From positions 128,001-192,000 of the forward strand of contig CAVSHR010000007.1 of the NCBI GenBank assembly GCA_963727625.1: a stretch of DNA of 64,000 nucleotides. The letters are read 5' to 3'. The position numbers and the translations under genes are program-made. Of the stretch, positions 47,754 through 57,691 are shown one piece after another; within the stretch, counting starts at the first letter, position 1; each line of letters starts with the position of its first letter. The notes under the pieces were generated by a model, which saw only the letters and a program-made list of their open reading frames with translations, was not told the origin of the DNA and searched no databases. The stretch is from an uncultured delta proteobacterium. GTDB taxonomy: Bacteria > Desulfobacterota > Binatia > UBA9968.

Positions 47754-49376
47754 ATGGACAACACGCTACAGGACATTTTGACCCTGGTCGAAAAGGGAAC
47801 CGTCGAGCAACGCTGCGCCGCGCTGCTCGTGTTGGGCGCGCTCAAGGCCAACAGCGGGGCTGTGGTAAAGCTGGTCGGAACGCTGCTCGATCAGCCGAAT
47901 CCGGTGTTGAAAGACTATGCGTTGCGCTATTTCGAAGAAGTCCAGCCCAAGAGCAACATCGCCCAACTGCTCAAGATGCTCGACGACCCCGATAAAGAGA
48001 TGCAAGAACGGGCGGCGCGGTCATTGATCGCGACCGGCCAGACGGCGATCGCGCCGCTGGTCCATGGTTTGGCCGGCGCCAACCGCGTCTGGCAGCTCAA
48101 CGCGGCGCGGGTGTTGAGTCAGGTGCGCGGCAAGGCGGCGCTGAAAGCGCTGCTCCAGTTGCTGATTGACGGCACAGACGAGACGAACCGGGTGATCTGC
48201 GACCTTCTCACGCCGGTGCTGCGTGAAATGAGTGCCAAAGAATCGGGCGCGTTTTATGACGAAGTCGAGGCTTTCGCGGCAAAGCTCGATATCAAACAGC
48301 AACGGCCCGCGGTGGTTTCCGCGATACGTTTGCTTGGCCAACTGGGGCGGCCTCAGGCGCGGCGCTGGTTATTCAAGTTTATCGGCGCGGAGCAGCATCC
48401 CGCCGTCCGCACCCACGCTTTGATCGCGTTGCTGCGTTGCCTGCGCGACCAGGATTTGCGCAAGGACGAGTATGCCAAGCTGTTTCCGTTGCTCGAGGAA
48501 CCGGTTTACAACGAGGTGACCCGTCTGGCCATCGATTTGCTCGACGCCCACGAGCTGCCCGATGATTCCCGCGCGCTGTTCACCAAGCTGATGCAGAGCC
48601 CGCACTCCGACGTGCAAAAATTTGCGCTCCGAAAAATGGGCGACGTCGGCACCCCCGCCACCGTGCGCACCCTGGTCGAGCAACTGGGCGATGCGGATTA
48701 CCGCAAGCGCGACGTCGCCGCCAGCTCGCTGCGCAAGATTCCCGAAGCGCGCGCCGCCTTGATCAAGGAGCTGATCGCCTGCGAAGACGCCAGCAAAGCC
48801 TGGAGCATCGCCGAGCTCCTGGCGTCCTTCGAGGGCAAGTGGCGCCAGGATGTTTTGGATGCCTTGTGGAAAAGACTGCAAAGCGCCATCGATGCCGAGG
48901 ATCGCATTCAAACCGCATTTCTCCATGTGCTCAAACGGGCGGATAGCGAATTGGCTTATGAAAAACTCGTCGGACAGGGCACCAAGCTGGTCAAGGCGAA
49001 GAAGTATAAAGAAGCGCTGGGCTATTTGACGCCTCTAAAGGACTTTCCCGAATTCAAACCGGACAATAAATTTCAACTCGCCGCTTTGCAGCTCAAGCTG
49101 CACGCGCATACGGTGGCGAGCCACAAAAATCATCCGGCCGTCGAATTGATCACCGACCTATGCCGCAATACCGCCTTTCCGGTGTTCGAGGTGTTGCGAA
49201 AGGAAAAGAGCCTGGCGCCGGAGGATCTTTTTGCCCTGGGCTTCAGCATGGCAGAGCGCGCTGGGCAGGAGCGCGGCCTGGGCATCGATCTGCTGGAACA
49301 CATCGCGGAGAAATTTCCGCGCAACAAGATCGGCAAAAACGCCAAGAACAAACTGAAGCTGGTCGCCGGGATCTAG
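47754..49376 (+). CDS. HEAT-repeat protein of unknown function (start uncertain, 47742 or 47754)
   Basis: Recurrent LLxxLDDPDxxVxxxA-type helical repeats throughout. Confidence 0.8.
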   Translation: MDNTLQDILTLVEKGTVEQRCAALLVLGALKANSGAVVKLVGTLLDQPNPVLKDYALRYFEEVQPKSNIAQLLKMLDDPDKEMQERAARSLIATGQTAIAPLVHGLAGANRVWQLNAARVLSQVRGKAALKALLQLLIDGTDETNRVICDLLTPVLREMSAKESGAFYDEVEAFAAKLDIKQQRPAVVSAIRLLGQLGRPQARRWLFKFIGAEQHPAVRTHALIALLRCLRDQDLRKDEYAKLFPLLEEPVYNEVTRLAIDLLDAHELPDDSRALFTKLMQSPHSDVQKFALRKMGDVGTPATVRTLVEQLGDADYRKRDVAASSLRKIPEARAALIKELIACEDASKAWSIAELLASFEGKWRQDVLDALWKRLQSAIDAEDRIQTAFLHVLKRADSELAYEKLVGQGTKLVKAKKYKEALGYLTPLKDFPEFKPDNKFQLAALQLKLHAHTVASHKNHPAVELITDLCRNTAFPVFEVLRKEKSLAPEDLFALGFSMAERAGQERGLGIDLLEHIAEKFPRNKIGKNAKNKLKLVAGI

Positions 49377-49478
49377 GCTCCGGTCCTTGCGGCGTGTCGT
49401 TAGCGAATCATCGCTGGCGAAGGGTGTTTTTTTCTTTTCATCGCTATTTTTCAAAGCAACAGATGCTCGGCTAGAATC

Positions 49479-49793
49479 ATGAAAACAATCGCGCTTTATT
49501 CGCTCGCCGCGGCGATGTATGTCAGCGGCGGTATGTTCATGAAATTGTCCCAGGGTCTGGCCCGATTCTTACCCACCCTTGCGCTGGTCGTGTTCTTCGG
49601 CGCGGGCGCGTTGGTCCAAGCGTGGGCAATGCAGCGTGAGGCGCTCGGCCCGAGTTACGTTGTCGTGCTCGGCCTGGAGGCCCTGCTCGTAACCGCCGTC
49701 GGCAGCATGTTTTTTGCCGAGCCGGTGACCGGAAAATTAGTCTGCGGCGTTGCGCTGGTCGTCGCGGGAATGTTCGTCTTGCGGCTGACTTAA
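49479..49793 (+). CDS. SMR/DMT family small membrane transporter
   Basis: 104 aa, four TM helices, MKLSQG, FFAEPVT. Confidence 0.8.
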   Translation: MKTIALYSLAAAMYVSGGMFMKLSQGLARFLPTLALVVFFGAGALVQAWAMQREALGPSYVVVLGLEALLVTAVGSMFFAEPVTGKLVCGVALVVAGMFVLRLT

Positions 49794-49831
49794 CGGCTGC
49801 CGGGGATGAGCACCAGGGTCTTTGCTCCGCT

Positions 49832-50668
49832 TTATTTCCCGGCCGTGAGTTCCCACCAGTTCTTATCCAAATCACTGAAGATAAAATGTGCTCTGCCGTC
49901 GGCCTGCTCCAGCTCCCGGAGCTCGGTGATGCCGATGGTTTCGCCTGCGGCGGCAAATGCTCGGTGCGCTTGCTCGACATCTTCAGGCGTCGCCATGGCG
50001 AGCGCAAAACGATTGACCGGGGCCAGATATTGGCGCGGACTGCGCTTCAAGACCACGATGTACCAGGGCGCCGCGGCATGTTTGATATACTGGGCATTGT
50101 TGAATCCCGCCAAGATCTCCAGGCCCAAAACTTCCGTGTAGAAGCGGCGGCTGCGCTCGATGTCGTCGCACTGGAGCGTGCCGTGGGTAAACGCTTGAGG
50201 CAGATAGCCGCGGCCGGGAAAGTAGTCGTCGGATAGCGGTTTCTCCCAATGCCCCGCCGTATGTGCGCGGCCGTGCAACGCGCCGCCGGGATTGTAATAT
50301 TCGATTTCGAGGTGATTGCCGCCGGGCTCGCGAAAATAAATCGAGTAGGCAAAGTGGGCGCTCTGCGGCTTGGTAATTTTACTGATTCGATATTTTTCCT
50401 TGTGCGCTTCGATATATTTCCACGCCGCTTCGACTTCCTCGTGGGTGCCGACGCGAAAACCGTAGTGGTTATCGAAACCTTTTTCCCGCGCGCCGGGTCC
50501 GCCTTCATGGACGATCAACCGCCAGGCGGTGTTCGGATGCTCGAGCGTCGCTTCGCCCGGCTTCCGCTCGACGATCTCCATCGCCAAAAGATCGGTGAAG
50601 ACCGGCAAAGTTTCCGCGAGCGAGCGGCATTCGTAATGACCGGCAACCAGGCCGGTGGTTCTCAACAT
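49832..50668 (-). CDS. two-domain VOC / glyoxalase family protein
   Basis: GHYEC, NHYGF, YFREPGGNHLE; THGTL, RRFYTEVLGL, FSDLDKNWWE. Confidence 0.85.
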   Translation of the reverse strand: MLRTTGLVAGHYECRSLAETLPVFTDLLAMEIVERKPGEATLEHPNTAWRLIVHEGGPGAREKGFDNHYGFRVGTHEEVEAAWKYIEAHKEKYRISKITKPQSAHFAYSIYFREPGGNHLEIEYYNPGGALHGRAHTAGHWEKPLSDDYFPGRGYLPQAFTHGTLQCDDIERSRRFYTEVLGLEILAGFNNAQYIKHAAAPWYIVVLKRSPRQYLAPVNRFALAMATPEDVEQAHRAFAAAGETIGITELRELEQADGRAHFIFSDLDKNWWELTAGK

Positions 50669-50786
50669 GGCTCAGTTCCTTTTACAAGCGTTCCCGTAAG
50701 TGTCTAAAATTACTCTGGCGAATTTATAACGCAACGTCGATCCCGTTCGAGCCAACCCTCTCGAGAAAGCGCGCTCATATTCTTCT

Positions 50787-51812
50787 CTACAGTGCATAGA
50801 GCGCTTTGGCGTTGTCGTGGACGATTTTCTTTGCCAGGTCTGGCGTCAGGCGCGGATCGGCGCTCAAATTATGAATCGCCAGCAATTCGGTTGCGCTGTC
50901 GGCATGGGCATAGTCCGAGCCGATCACGATGTTGTCTTCCCCGAGCTTGCCGACGATGTAGGGAATATCGTCGGTGGTTTCACAGGCGACGTAGATGCGG
51001 TCCCGGCGCAGAAAATCCGGCTTGAGCTCCTTGCCTTTGATGCGAAAGCGTTTGGTTAGATCGGTGTAGGCGTAGGGCAGCCACTCGGCGCTGATCTCCA
51101 AGAAACCGATGCGCAATTTGGGGAAGCGCTCGGGAATCCGGTCCATCACCATCGAGTGAAACGCGCCGACGCAGTTGAGTTTGAATTTCGAAAAGCCGAC
51201 GGTTTCGTATTTGTAATAGTTGTAAAGCGTCGCGCTGCCATTGGCGGCGTGAATGCAAATCGCGAGATCCAAGCGGCCGGCTTCTTTGTAGAGCGGAAAA
51301 AAATACGGATCGCTCAACAACAAGTCGCCTTCGGTGCCGCGCATGAAAATGCCGCAGGCGCCGTGTTCCTTGGCGAAGCGCGCTTCGGCAAGCGCCTGCT
51401 CCATGGTCATCAACGGCATGACCGCGGCCCAGCGCAGCCGCTCTTTTTCCTGCCTCCAGATATCGGCGAGCCAGCGGTTGTAGCTGCGCGCGAGCGCGAG
51501 CTCGACCTCGGGTCGCGGCGTGAGCGGAATCAGAAACAGCGTGGGGTAAAGCACTTGAATGCTCACGCCGAGCTCGTCCATGTGCTTTAAACGCGTCGGC
51601 ACGTCGCGCATCTCGCGCGAGGCTTGCGGCGTGTTGCGGCCGACGTTGCCGGATTTCAAGCGTAGGGTGCCGTCGACCAGCCAGTATTCGTCCTTAGACT
51701 CGCCGCCGGTGGCGCCGACGATCCGCGGCCGGTGCTTGCGCTCGGCGCCGTCCATGGATTCCCAGGTTTGCTCGGTTTCCAAGACATGGGCGTCGGCATC
51801 GATAGTCAACAC
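50787..51812 (-). CDS. amidohydrolase_2 family protein
   Basis: GTG start with GAGGAG RBS; IDADAHV, QVLYPT, YNRWLAD, GSDYAH; close paralog of 28397..29440. Confidence 0.88.
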   Translation of the reverse strand: MLTIDADAHVLETEQTWESMDGAERKHRPRIVGATGGESKDEYWLVDGTLRLKSGNVGRNTPQASREMRDVPTRLKHMDELGVSIQVLYPTLFLIPLTPRPEVELALARSYNRWLADIWRQEKERLRWAAVMPLMTMEQALAEARFAKEHGACGIFMRGTEGDLLLSDPYFFPLYKEAGRLDLAICIHAANGSATLYNYYKYETVGFSKFKLNCVGAFHSMVMDRIPERFPKLRIGFLEISAEWLPYAYTDLTKRFRIKGKELKPDFLRRDRIYVACETTDDIPYIVGKLGEDNIVIGSDYAHADSATELLAIHNLSADPRLTPDLAKKIVHDNAKALYAL

Positions 51813-51985
51813 GGAGAACTCCTCGCTTTCGGAATTTAATCGCAAGCCATTAAAGGTCTAAACAGTTGGGTTCATAGCACCGCGATTTGGACTGCGTCAA
51901 ATGCGGCGGATCGATCTCGGCGCCGACGTTGACAACTTTTTTGTCTCGGTGTAAGCCGGGCCAACAGCCATCCACGCGAGGAATT

Positions 51986-53176
51986 ATGAAGTACAAATGC
52001 ATTTCCGCCGATTCTCATCTGGAGATTCGTCCCGATCGCTATACCCAACGGGTGCCGGAGAAATTCCGCGACCGCGCGCCGAAAGTGATTACGCTGGAAG
52101 ACGGCACGCTGGCCGTGCTCCAGGAAGGCCAACCGCTAGAGCGCTTGATCTCCAACATCTCCGCGGGCCTGCCCTATGAGGAGCGCCGGCCCTTCGATCC
52201 CCTGCCAGGCAACAACTATGAAAATTCTCCCGGCACGGGGTCCCCCGAGCAACGGCTTCGCGAGCAGGACAAGGACGGTGTCGACGCCGAAGTGTTGTTC
52301 GCCGGCAACGTCGGGCCGGGTTTCTGGCGCGGCATTCGCAACGACGACGCTTACAAAGCGGTGGTGCGCGCTTACAACGATTGGCTTGCGGAAGAATACT
52401 GTTCGTCTGCGCCGGAGCGGCTCATCGGCGTCGGCGTGATACCGATCACCAACATCGACGACGCGGTGGCGGAGTTGCGGCACTGCGCCAAGCTCGGCCT
52501 CAAGGCGGTCGCCATCGACAATTTTCCCGCCGGCAACCGATTTCCGACGCCGGCCGATGATCCGTTCTGGGCCGCTGTCGTCGACCTCGATATGGCGCTG
52601 ACGATCCACGTCGAGTTCGGGTTTCCCAGACGCGGGCGCGGCCAGCCCGCGGTCCCGGCACCGGCCTTTAAATACGCGCGCCAGACCGACCCCGAGCATC
52701 ACGTGCCGGACGTGGTCGAGCGCTTTAACAAATACGGTTTTCGCGGCAGCAAGCAGGTCGTGCAGATGATCTGGGGCGGCGCCTTCGAGCGTTTCCCGAA
52801 CCTGAATATTTACGTCGCCGAGGTGCAGATCGGTTGGGTTCCCAACTGGATGGATCAGATGGACAACGAATACGGCCGTCAGCAGTATTGGGCCGAGCGG
52901 GTTCTCGGATTGCCGCGACTCAAGCGCATGCCCAGCGAGATCGCGCGCGAGCATTGCCATTGGGGCTTCAATCGTAATCCGGTGGGCGTGCGCATCGCGC
53001 GCCAGGAAATGGACATCGACAAGCTCATGTGGGCGAGCGATTTTCCCCATCTCGAATCGGATTGGCCGAACTCGCGCAAGGTCATTGCGGAGAATTTCGC
53101 CGGATCCGCGGAAGATGAGATTTGGAAAATGACCGTGGGCAACGCCGTGAAATATTTTCATCTCGCCGATCAGTAG
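51986..53176 (+). CDS. amidohydrolase_2 family protein
   Basis: ISADSH, DGVDAEVLF, YNDWLAEEY, LMWASDFPH. Confidence 0.88.
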   Translation: MKYKCISADSHLEIRPDRYTQRVPEKFRDRAPKVITLEDGTLAVLQEGQPLERLISNISAGLPYEERRPFDPLPGNNYENSPGTGSPEQRLREQDKDGVDAEVLFAGNVGPGFWRGIRNDDAYKAVVRAYNDWLAEEYCSSAPERLIGVGVIPITNIDDAVAELRHCAKLGLKAVAIDNFPAGNRFPTPADDPFWAAVVDLDMALTIHVEFGFPRRGRGQPAVPAPAFKYARQTDPEHHVPDVVERFNKYGFRGSKQVVQMIWGGAFERFPNLNIYVAEVQIGWVPNWMDQMDNEYGRQQYWAERVLGLPRLKRMPSEIAREHCHWGFNRNPVGVRIARQEMDIDKLMWASDFPHLESDWPNSRKVIAENFAGSAEDEIWKMTVGNAVKYFHLADQ

Positions 53177-53178
53177 AC

Positions 53179-53206
53179 GTAGGGGCGGCCCGAAATCGGT
53201 CGCCCT
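53179..53206. repeat. GTAG-type REP palindrome (degenerate)
   Basis: GTAGGGGCGGCCCGAAATCGGTCGCCCT directly after a stop codon. Confidence 0.55.
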
Positions 53207-53244
53207 GATTAGGAATCATCGCCTTGGCTGAGAGGAGCGCGCCC

Positions 53245-54261
53245 GTGAGCAATGAAATGACCGACCTGAAATCGCTTGACGCTGAGTTGGCGAAAGAGTC
53301 CATGAAAGGGCTTTGGGCGCGCGAGGAGACCACACGCCGCGAGCCGGCGCCGTTCGGCAAACCGATCCTTTGGAAGTGGGAAAAGATCCGGGCCGGGCTC
53401 GAGGCGGCGGGCAAGTTGATCACGACCAATTACAAGGGCGCGCGTCGAGCCATCAGCCTGGTCCACCCCAACATGGGCGAGAGCACGAGCCACACTTTGA
53501 ACATGGCGGTGCAGCTGGTGAAAGCCGGCGAAGCGGTTTACTCGCACCGCCACACCAATGCCGCGATGCGCTTTGTCATCGACGGCGGCGCCGGGGTGTA
53601 CACGATCACCGACGGCGAGAAGTGCGTGATGGAAAAGGGCGACCTGGTGATCCAGCCGAGCTGGGGCTACCACAATCACATCAATGAGACCGAGCGCGAC
53701 GCGATCTGGATCGACTGTCTCGATTCGGGCTTGATGCGCATGCTGCGCACGATGTTTCAAGAACCCCATCCCGCCGAGGACGTGCGGCTTTACAACAGCC
53801 CGGTGGACACCGCCCTGCGCAATCCCGGCTTGCTCGCGCCGCCGGGGCGGCCGTTGAAGTCGTTGGTTTATAAATGGCGCGAAACACGCCGGGCGCTGGC
53901 GGAAGCGCTGCCGGAGAGCGAGAGCGCCTATGACGGCAAGTGTCTGGAATATCGCAACCCGGTCACCGGAGGTTCGACCTTTCCGACTTTTTCTTGCTGG
54001 GTTCAACTGCTAGACGGCGGGAAGAAAACCGCGGAGCACCGCCACACGTCGAATCAGATCTACTATGTGGTCGAGGGCAGGGGGGTTAGCGAAGTCGCCG
54101 GCGAAAAGCTAGCGTGGGAAGCCGGCGATTTTTTTGTCGTGCCCAACTGGAGTTGGCACCGCCACCAGAATTCTTCGGCGAGTGTTCCCGCCGTGCTTTT
54201 CTCGACCACCGACCGGCCGTTGCAAGAGGCCATCGGCGTGTATCGGGAGGAGACGCGGTAA
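53245..54261 (+). CDS. gentisate 1,2-dioxygenase-like bicupin
   Basis: HRHTNAAMRFV, PSWGYHNH, YRNPVTGG, HRHTSN, PNWSWHRH. Confidence 0.85.
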   Translation: MSNEMTDLKSLDAELAKESMKGLWAREETTRREPAPFGKPILWKWEKIRAGLEAAGKLITTNYKGARRAISLVHPNMGESTSHTLNMAVQLVKAGEAVYSHRHTNAAMRFVIDGGAGVYTITDGEKCVMEKGDLVIQPSWGYHNHINETERDAIWIDCLDSGLMRMLRTMFQEPHPAEDVRLYNSPVDTALRNPGLLAPPGRPLKSLVYKWRETRRALAEALPESESAYDGKCLEYRNPVTGGSTFPTFSCWVQLLDGGKKTAEHRHTSNQIYYVVEGRGVSEVAGEKLAWEAGDFFVVPNWSWHRHQNSSASVPAVLFSTTDRPLQEAIGVYREETR

Positions 54262-54303
54262 TGTCGTGGCCGAAATGTTAAATAAATTGTTTGGCTTTTA
54301 GCT

Positions 54304-54391
54304 GTCATACCGGCGAACGCCGGTATCCAGGTGTCTTTTAAATTTCTGGATTCCGGGTCCCGCCAGCTATCGCCGGCTTGCCCGGAATGAC
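54304..54391. repeat. REP-like double-hairpin element (GTCATxCC...GGAATGAC type)
   Basis: GTCATACCGGCGAACGCCGGTATCCAG ... CTGGATTCCGG ... CCGGAATGAC. Confidence 0.7.
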
Positions 54392-54458
54392 ACTCGATTT
54401 GCGTAACGAATTTCAGAAACAGCTCGCACGGTGGCTTTGAACCGTATTGGAATTCTCT

Positions 54459-55172
54459 ATGACCGATGAAGAACGCGCCTACAATTCGGCAGAATTCGCC
54501 GCGGCCCCGGCGCCGACCAATCCCGGCGAGACCATGCCGGCCAAGGTCGGTGTGGCCGCTCCCGATTTTGAGGCGACCACGTTGGACGGGGAGACCGTTC
54601 GTCTTCGTGATTTTCACGCCAAGCGCCATGTGGTGGTCATGACCGGCGCGGTGACCAGTCCGATGTGCGCCTTCGAAGCGCCGGCGTTTAATCAGTTGCA
54701 GAAGGAATTCGATAGCAAGGGAGTTTCGTTCTTTTTGCTTTACACGCGCGAGTCCCACCCGGCGGAAAACTACGGCGCGCATCGCTCGCTCGAACAGAAG
54801 CTTGACTATGCTCGCGACTTGCAGCGGCTCGAAGATATCCGTATGGCGATTCTCGTCGATCGTCTCGACGGTCGAATTCACCGCGCCTACGGGGTCTGGC
54901 CCAACGCGCTGTTCGTCATCCACAAAGACGGCCGGCTCATTTTTCGCAGCAACATGGCAAACCACCGCGAGTTGCGGCAATTCTTGGACGACTTGATAGC
55001 TGCCGAGACGGCGGCGGTAGCGGGCAAGGTGCTCCACTTGCAGTATTCCGAGCGGGTCATGCCTCATGAGGCCGATCAGGCGACGCACCGGCGCGTCTAC
55101 GAGCGCGCCGGTCCCAAAGCATTCGAAGATTACTGGACAAAACGGCCGCAGAATCGAAACCGCTGGCCGTAA
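54459..55172 (+). CDS. thioredoxin-fold deiodinase / peroxiredoxin-like protein
   Basis: APDFEATTLDG, TGAVTSPMC, YTRESHP, YGVWPN. Confidence 0.78.
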   Translation: MTDEERAYNSAEFAAAPAPTNPGETMPAKVGVAAPDFEATTLDGETVRLRDFHAKRHVVVMTGAVTSPMCAFEAPAFNQLQKEFDSKGVSFFLLYTRESHPAENYGAHRSLEQKLDYARDLQRLEDIRMAILVDRLDGRIHRAYGVWPNALFVIHKDGRLIFRSNMANHRELRQFLDDLIAAETAAVAGKVLHLQYSERVMPHEADQATHRRVYERAGPKAFEDYWTKRPQNRNRWP

Positions 55173-55205
55173 TCCAAATTTACAGAAGTAGAGGAAAAAT
55201 ATCCA

Positions 55206-56189
55206 ATGGGGAAATTCAAATTAGCAATCGTTCTCACAGTGGTGCTCGGTGCCTTCCTGTCCCTGACCGGGCGATCGGCGTATAGCGCCGGCCGGGAGTT
55301 GGAAAAAGTGCGCATCGGCTATTCCATCGGCGGACTGATTCCGTTTCCCATAATCGTCGCCAAGGAAAACCACTTTTTCGAGCAGGCCGGTTTGGCTGTC
55401 GAGCTGATCAATATCCGGCCGACGACCGCGGTCACCGCCCTGGTCTCCGGCGATATTCAGTACGTCGTCTTCGCCGGCACGACACTCAACGCGGCGGTGC
55501 GCGGCCTGCCGGTCAAGCTGGCCATGGTTTACAACGATCGGCCGCTGTTTTCCTTGATGGCGCGCCCCGGTATTCGCTCGATCAAGGATCTCAAAGGGAA
55601 AATCCTGGGTGTCGCCACGCTTACCTCCGGCGAATCTTTTCTGTCCAGGCGGCTGCTCAAAGAAGCCGGCATCGACGCCGATAAAGAAATGACGCTCCGC
55701 GTCATCGGCAACACGCCGGACCGGCTGCAAGCGCTCAAAGCCGGCCTCGTGGATGCGACGACGCTGACTCTGCCCGTCGATATTCTCGCCGAGCGGATGG
55801 GCTTGCGCCGATTGGCGTTCATGGGTGAAATGTTGGAAAGCGTCAACGGCGGTTACGGCGTGTCGGAGCGCTGGCTGCGGGAACGCCCCGATCAGATCAA
55901 AAAAATGATCGCCGCGGCCTTTCGCGGCATGGCGCATGCGCGCGCGCAGCGTCAGGATTCGGTCGCGCTGATTATGTCCAGGTGGAAGATCGAACGCGAC
56001 GTCGCCGAGAAGGCGTTTGATTTGATGATCAAAACCTGGACGGACAGCGGGGTGGCGTCGGATCGGGCGCTGCAAGAAGCCATCGACGAAAGCTTGAGAG
56101 TTACGAACACCAAAAAGTCGGTGCCGATCTCCCAAGTCGCGGATTTCACCCTGGCGCGCGAAGTCTATCGGGAGATGAAGTCAAAATAA
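55206..56189 (+). CDS. ABC transporter substrate-binding protein (NMT1/THI5-like)
   Basis: Signal peptide; FFEQAGLAVEL, DLKGKILGV, VADFTLAREV. Confidence 0.87.
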   Translation: MGKFKLAIVLTVVLGAFLSLTGRSAYSAGRELEKVRIGYSIGGLIPFPIIVAKENHFFEQAGLAVELINIRPTTAVTALVSGDIQYVVFAGTTLNAAVRGLPVKLAMVYNDRPLFSLMARPGIRSIKDLKGKILGVATLTSGESFLSRRLLKEAGIDADKEMTLRVIGNTPDRLQALKAGLVDATTLTLPVDILAERMGLRRLAFMGEMLESVNGGYGVSERWLRERPDQIKKMIAAAFRGMAHARAQRQDSVALIMSRWKIERDVAEKAFDLMIKTWTDSGVASDRALQEAIDESLRVTNTKKSVPISQVADFTLAREVYREMKSK

Positions 56190-56282
56190 TTTGCGGCGTC
56201 TCGGACATGCGCGCGATGTACAACGCACCGCGAAGGCGTGAGCGTAACATGGAGTTAAAGGCACTCGGAGTCGGAAATTGCT

Positions 56283-56388
56283 CTCGCCAAGGCGCAAAGT
56301 CGCCAAGTTTAGAGGGGAAAATGAGAACTCTTACGAATTACTTTCCTATTAGGTTCCGGTCTTTGCGGCCTTTGCGACTTTGCGTGAG
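56283..56388. repeat. intergenic inverted-repeat element with CGCAAAG-type units
   Basis: CTCGCCAAGGCGCAAAGTCGCCAAG ... CTTTGCGGCCTTTGCGACTTTGCGTGAG. Confidence 0.65.
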
Positions 56389-56462
56389 ACATTCCGGGTT
56401 TAGGTCGCAGCTCTGCTCAGAGGGCCTTTGTGGTGAAAAGTGAAGCGGGTCAAATTGAGAAC

Positions 56463-57446
56463 ATGAGCAACGACGAAATCACCCTGAAACCGACGCGCTT
56501 GCGCACGCATCCGCATACGACGCGCTCGCGTTTGATGCTCGAAGTTGCCTCGCGGCTGGTCAGCCGAAAGGACTTTCCTTATCTCCAGGCGCGCGTCAGC
56601 CTGCGCGAGCAGGGCTCGAACGAATGGCCGTTGATCTTGTTTGCCAGCGACAGTCCCGCGACCGTGGAGGAAGTCGCCGCCGGAACAGTCCAGTTCGCCA
56701 TCATCAATCCATCGATGATGCTCAAGCTCGCCGCTCTCGGCAGTGCGCCGTTCAAAGCGCCGATGCCGCTGCGGGTCATCGCCGTGCTGCCGTCCTTGGA
56801 CCATATGGCCTTCGCGGTGAAGCGCGAAACCGGTCTCACCACGTTCAGCGATATTCGCGATCGCAAGTTTCCCTTGAGAGTGTCGCTGCGCGGCCAGCCG
56901 GACCATTCGCTGCACGCGATCGTCGATCACGTGATGAAAGCCGCGGGGTTTTCTCTCGACGACATCGTCTCCTGGGGCGGAAAAGTTCGCTACGATGCCG
57001 GCATGGCCTACGGCCGGAACCGCATTGGCGCCATGCAGCGCGGCGAGATCGACGCGATCTTCGATGAAGGCGCCTTCGCTTGGAGCAACATGGCGCTGGA
57101 GTTGGGCATGACGTTTCTATCTTTGGACGAGATGATCCTGCGGCGGCTCGAAGCTGTCGGCTTGCGCCGCGGCTTGATGGAACGCAAATCTTTTCCCAAG
57201 CTCGCTGCCGACGTGCCCACACTCGACTTCAGCGGCTGGCCGATCTATACGCACAAGGACACGCCCGATTTCATGGTCACGGATTTCTGCGCCGCGCTGG
57301 AAGCGAGCAAAGCGCAAATTCCCTGGGCGCAAGACGCGCCTCTGCCTCTTGAACAAATGGTCCGCGATACGCCTGAAGGTCATCTCGAAGTGCCGCTCCA
57401 TCCCGCGGCGGAACGGTTTTGGCGACAGTGTGGCTATTTGCCGTAG
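56463..57446 (+). CDS. TAXI-like periplasmic-binding-fold protein (no clear signal peptide)
   Basis: PLRVIAVLP, GEIDAIFDE, C-terminal VPLHPAAERFW typical of TAXI proteins. Confidence 0.72.
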   Translation: MSNDEITLKPTRLRTHPHTTRSRLMLEVASRLVSRKDFPYLQARVSLREQGSNEWPLILFASDSPATVEEVAAGTVQFAIINPSMMLKLAALGSAPFKAPMPLRVIAVLPSLDHMAFAVKRETGLTTFSDIRDRKFPLRVSLRGQPDHSLHAIVDHVMKAAGFSLDDIVSWGGKVRYDAGMAYGRNRIGAMQRGEIDAIFDEGAFAWSNMALELGMTFLSLDEMILRRLEAVGLRRGLMERKSFPKLAADVPTLDFSGWPIYTHKDTPDFMVTDFCAALEASKAQIPWAQDAPLPLEQMVRDTPEGHLEVPLHPAAERFWRQCGYLP

Positions 57447-57691
57447 TTAGATTTTGCCTAGGCGTGGAATTCTTAGCCGCCTGAGTTTTACGACTAACGT
57501 CTGATCACTCATGAGGCTTTCTCGGCGCCAGCGAAGGTTATTAAAGCATTCCCTTTGGATTTGGCTTATGATAAATTTAGAAAGAATTTTTTGGGGTTTT
57601 GGAGTCACTCCGGGTGGAAGAGGCGTGAATGAGGAATTTGAATCGACGGTGTTGCCGCTTCCTAATTTCTTTGAATGACGAGACCACAAAT

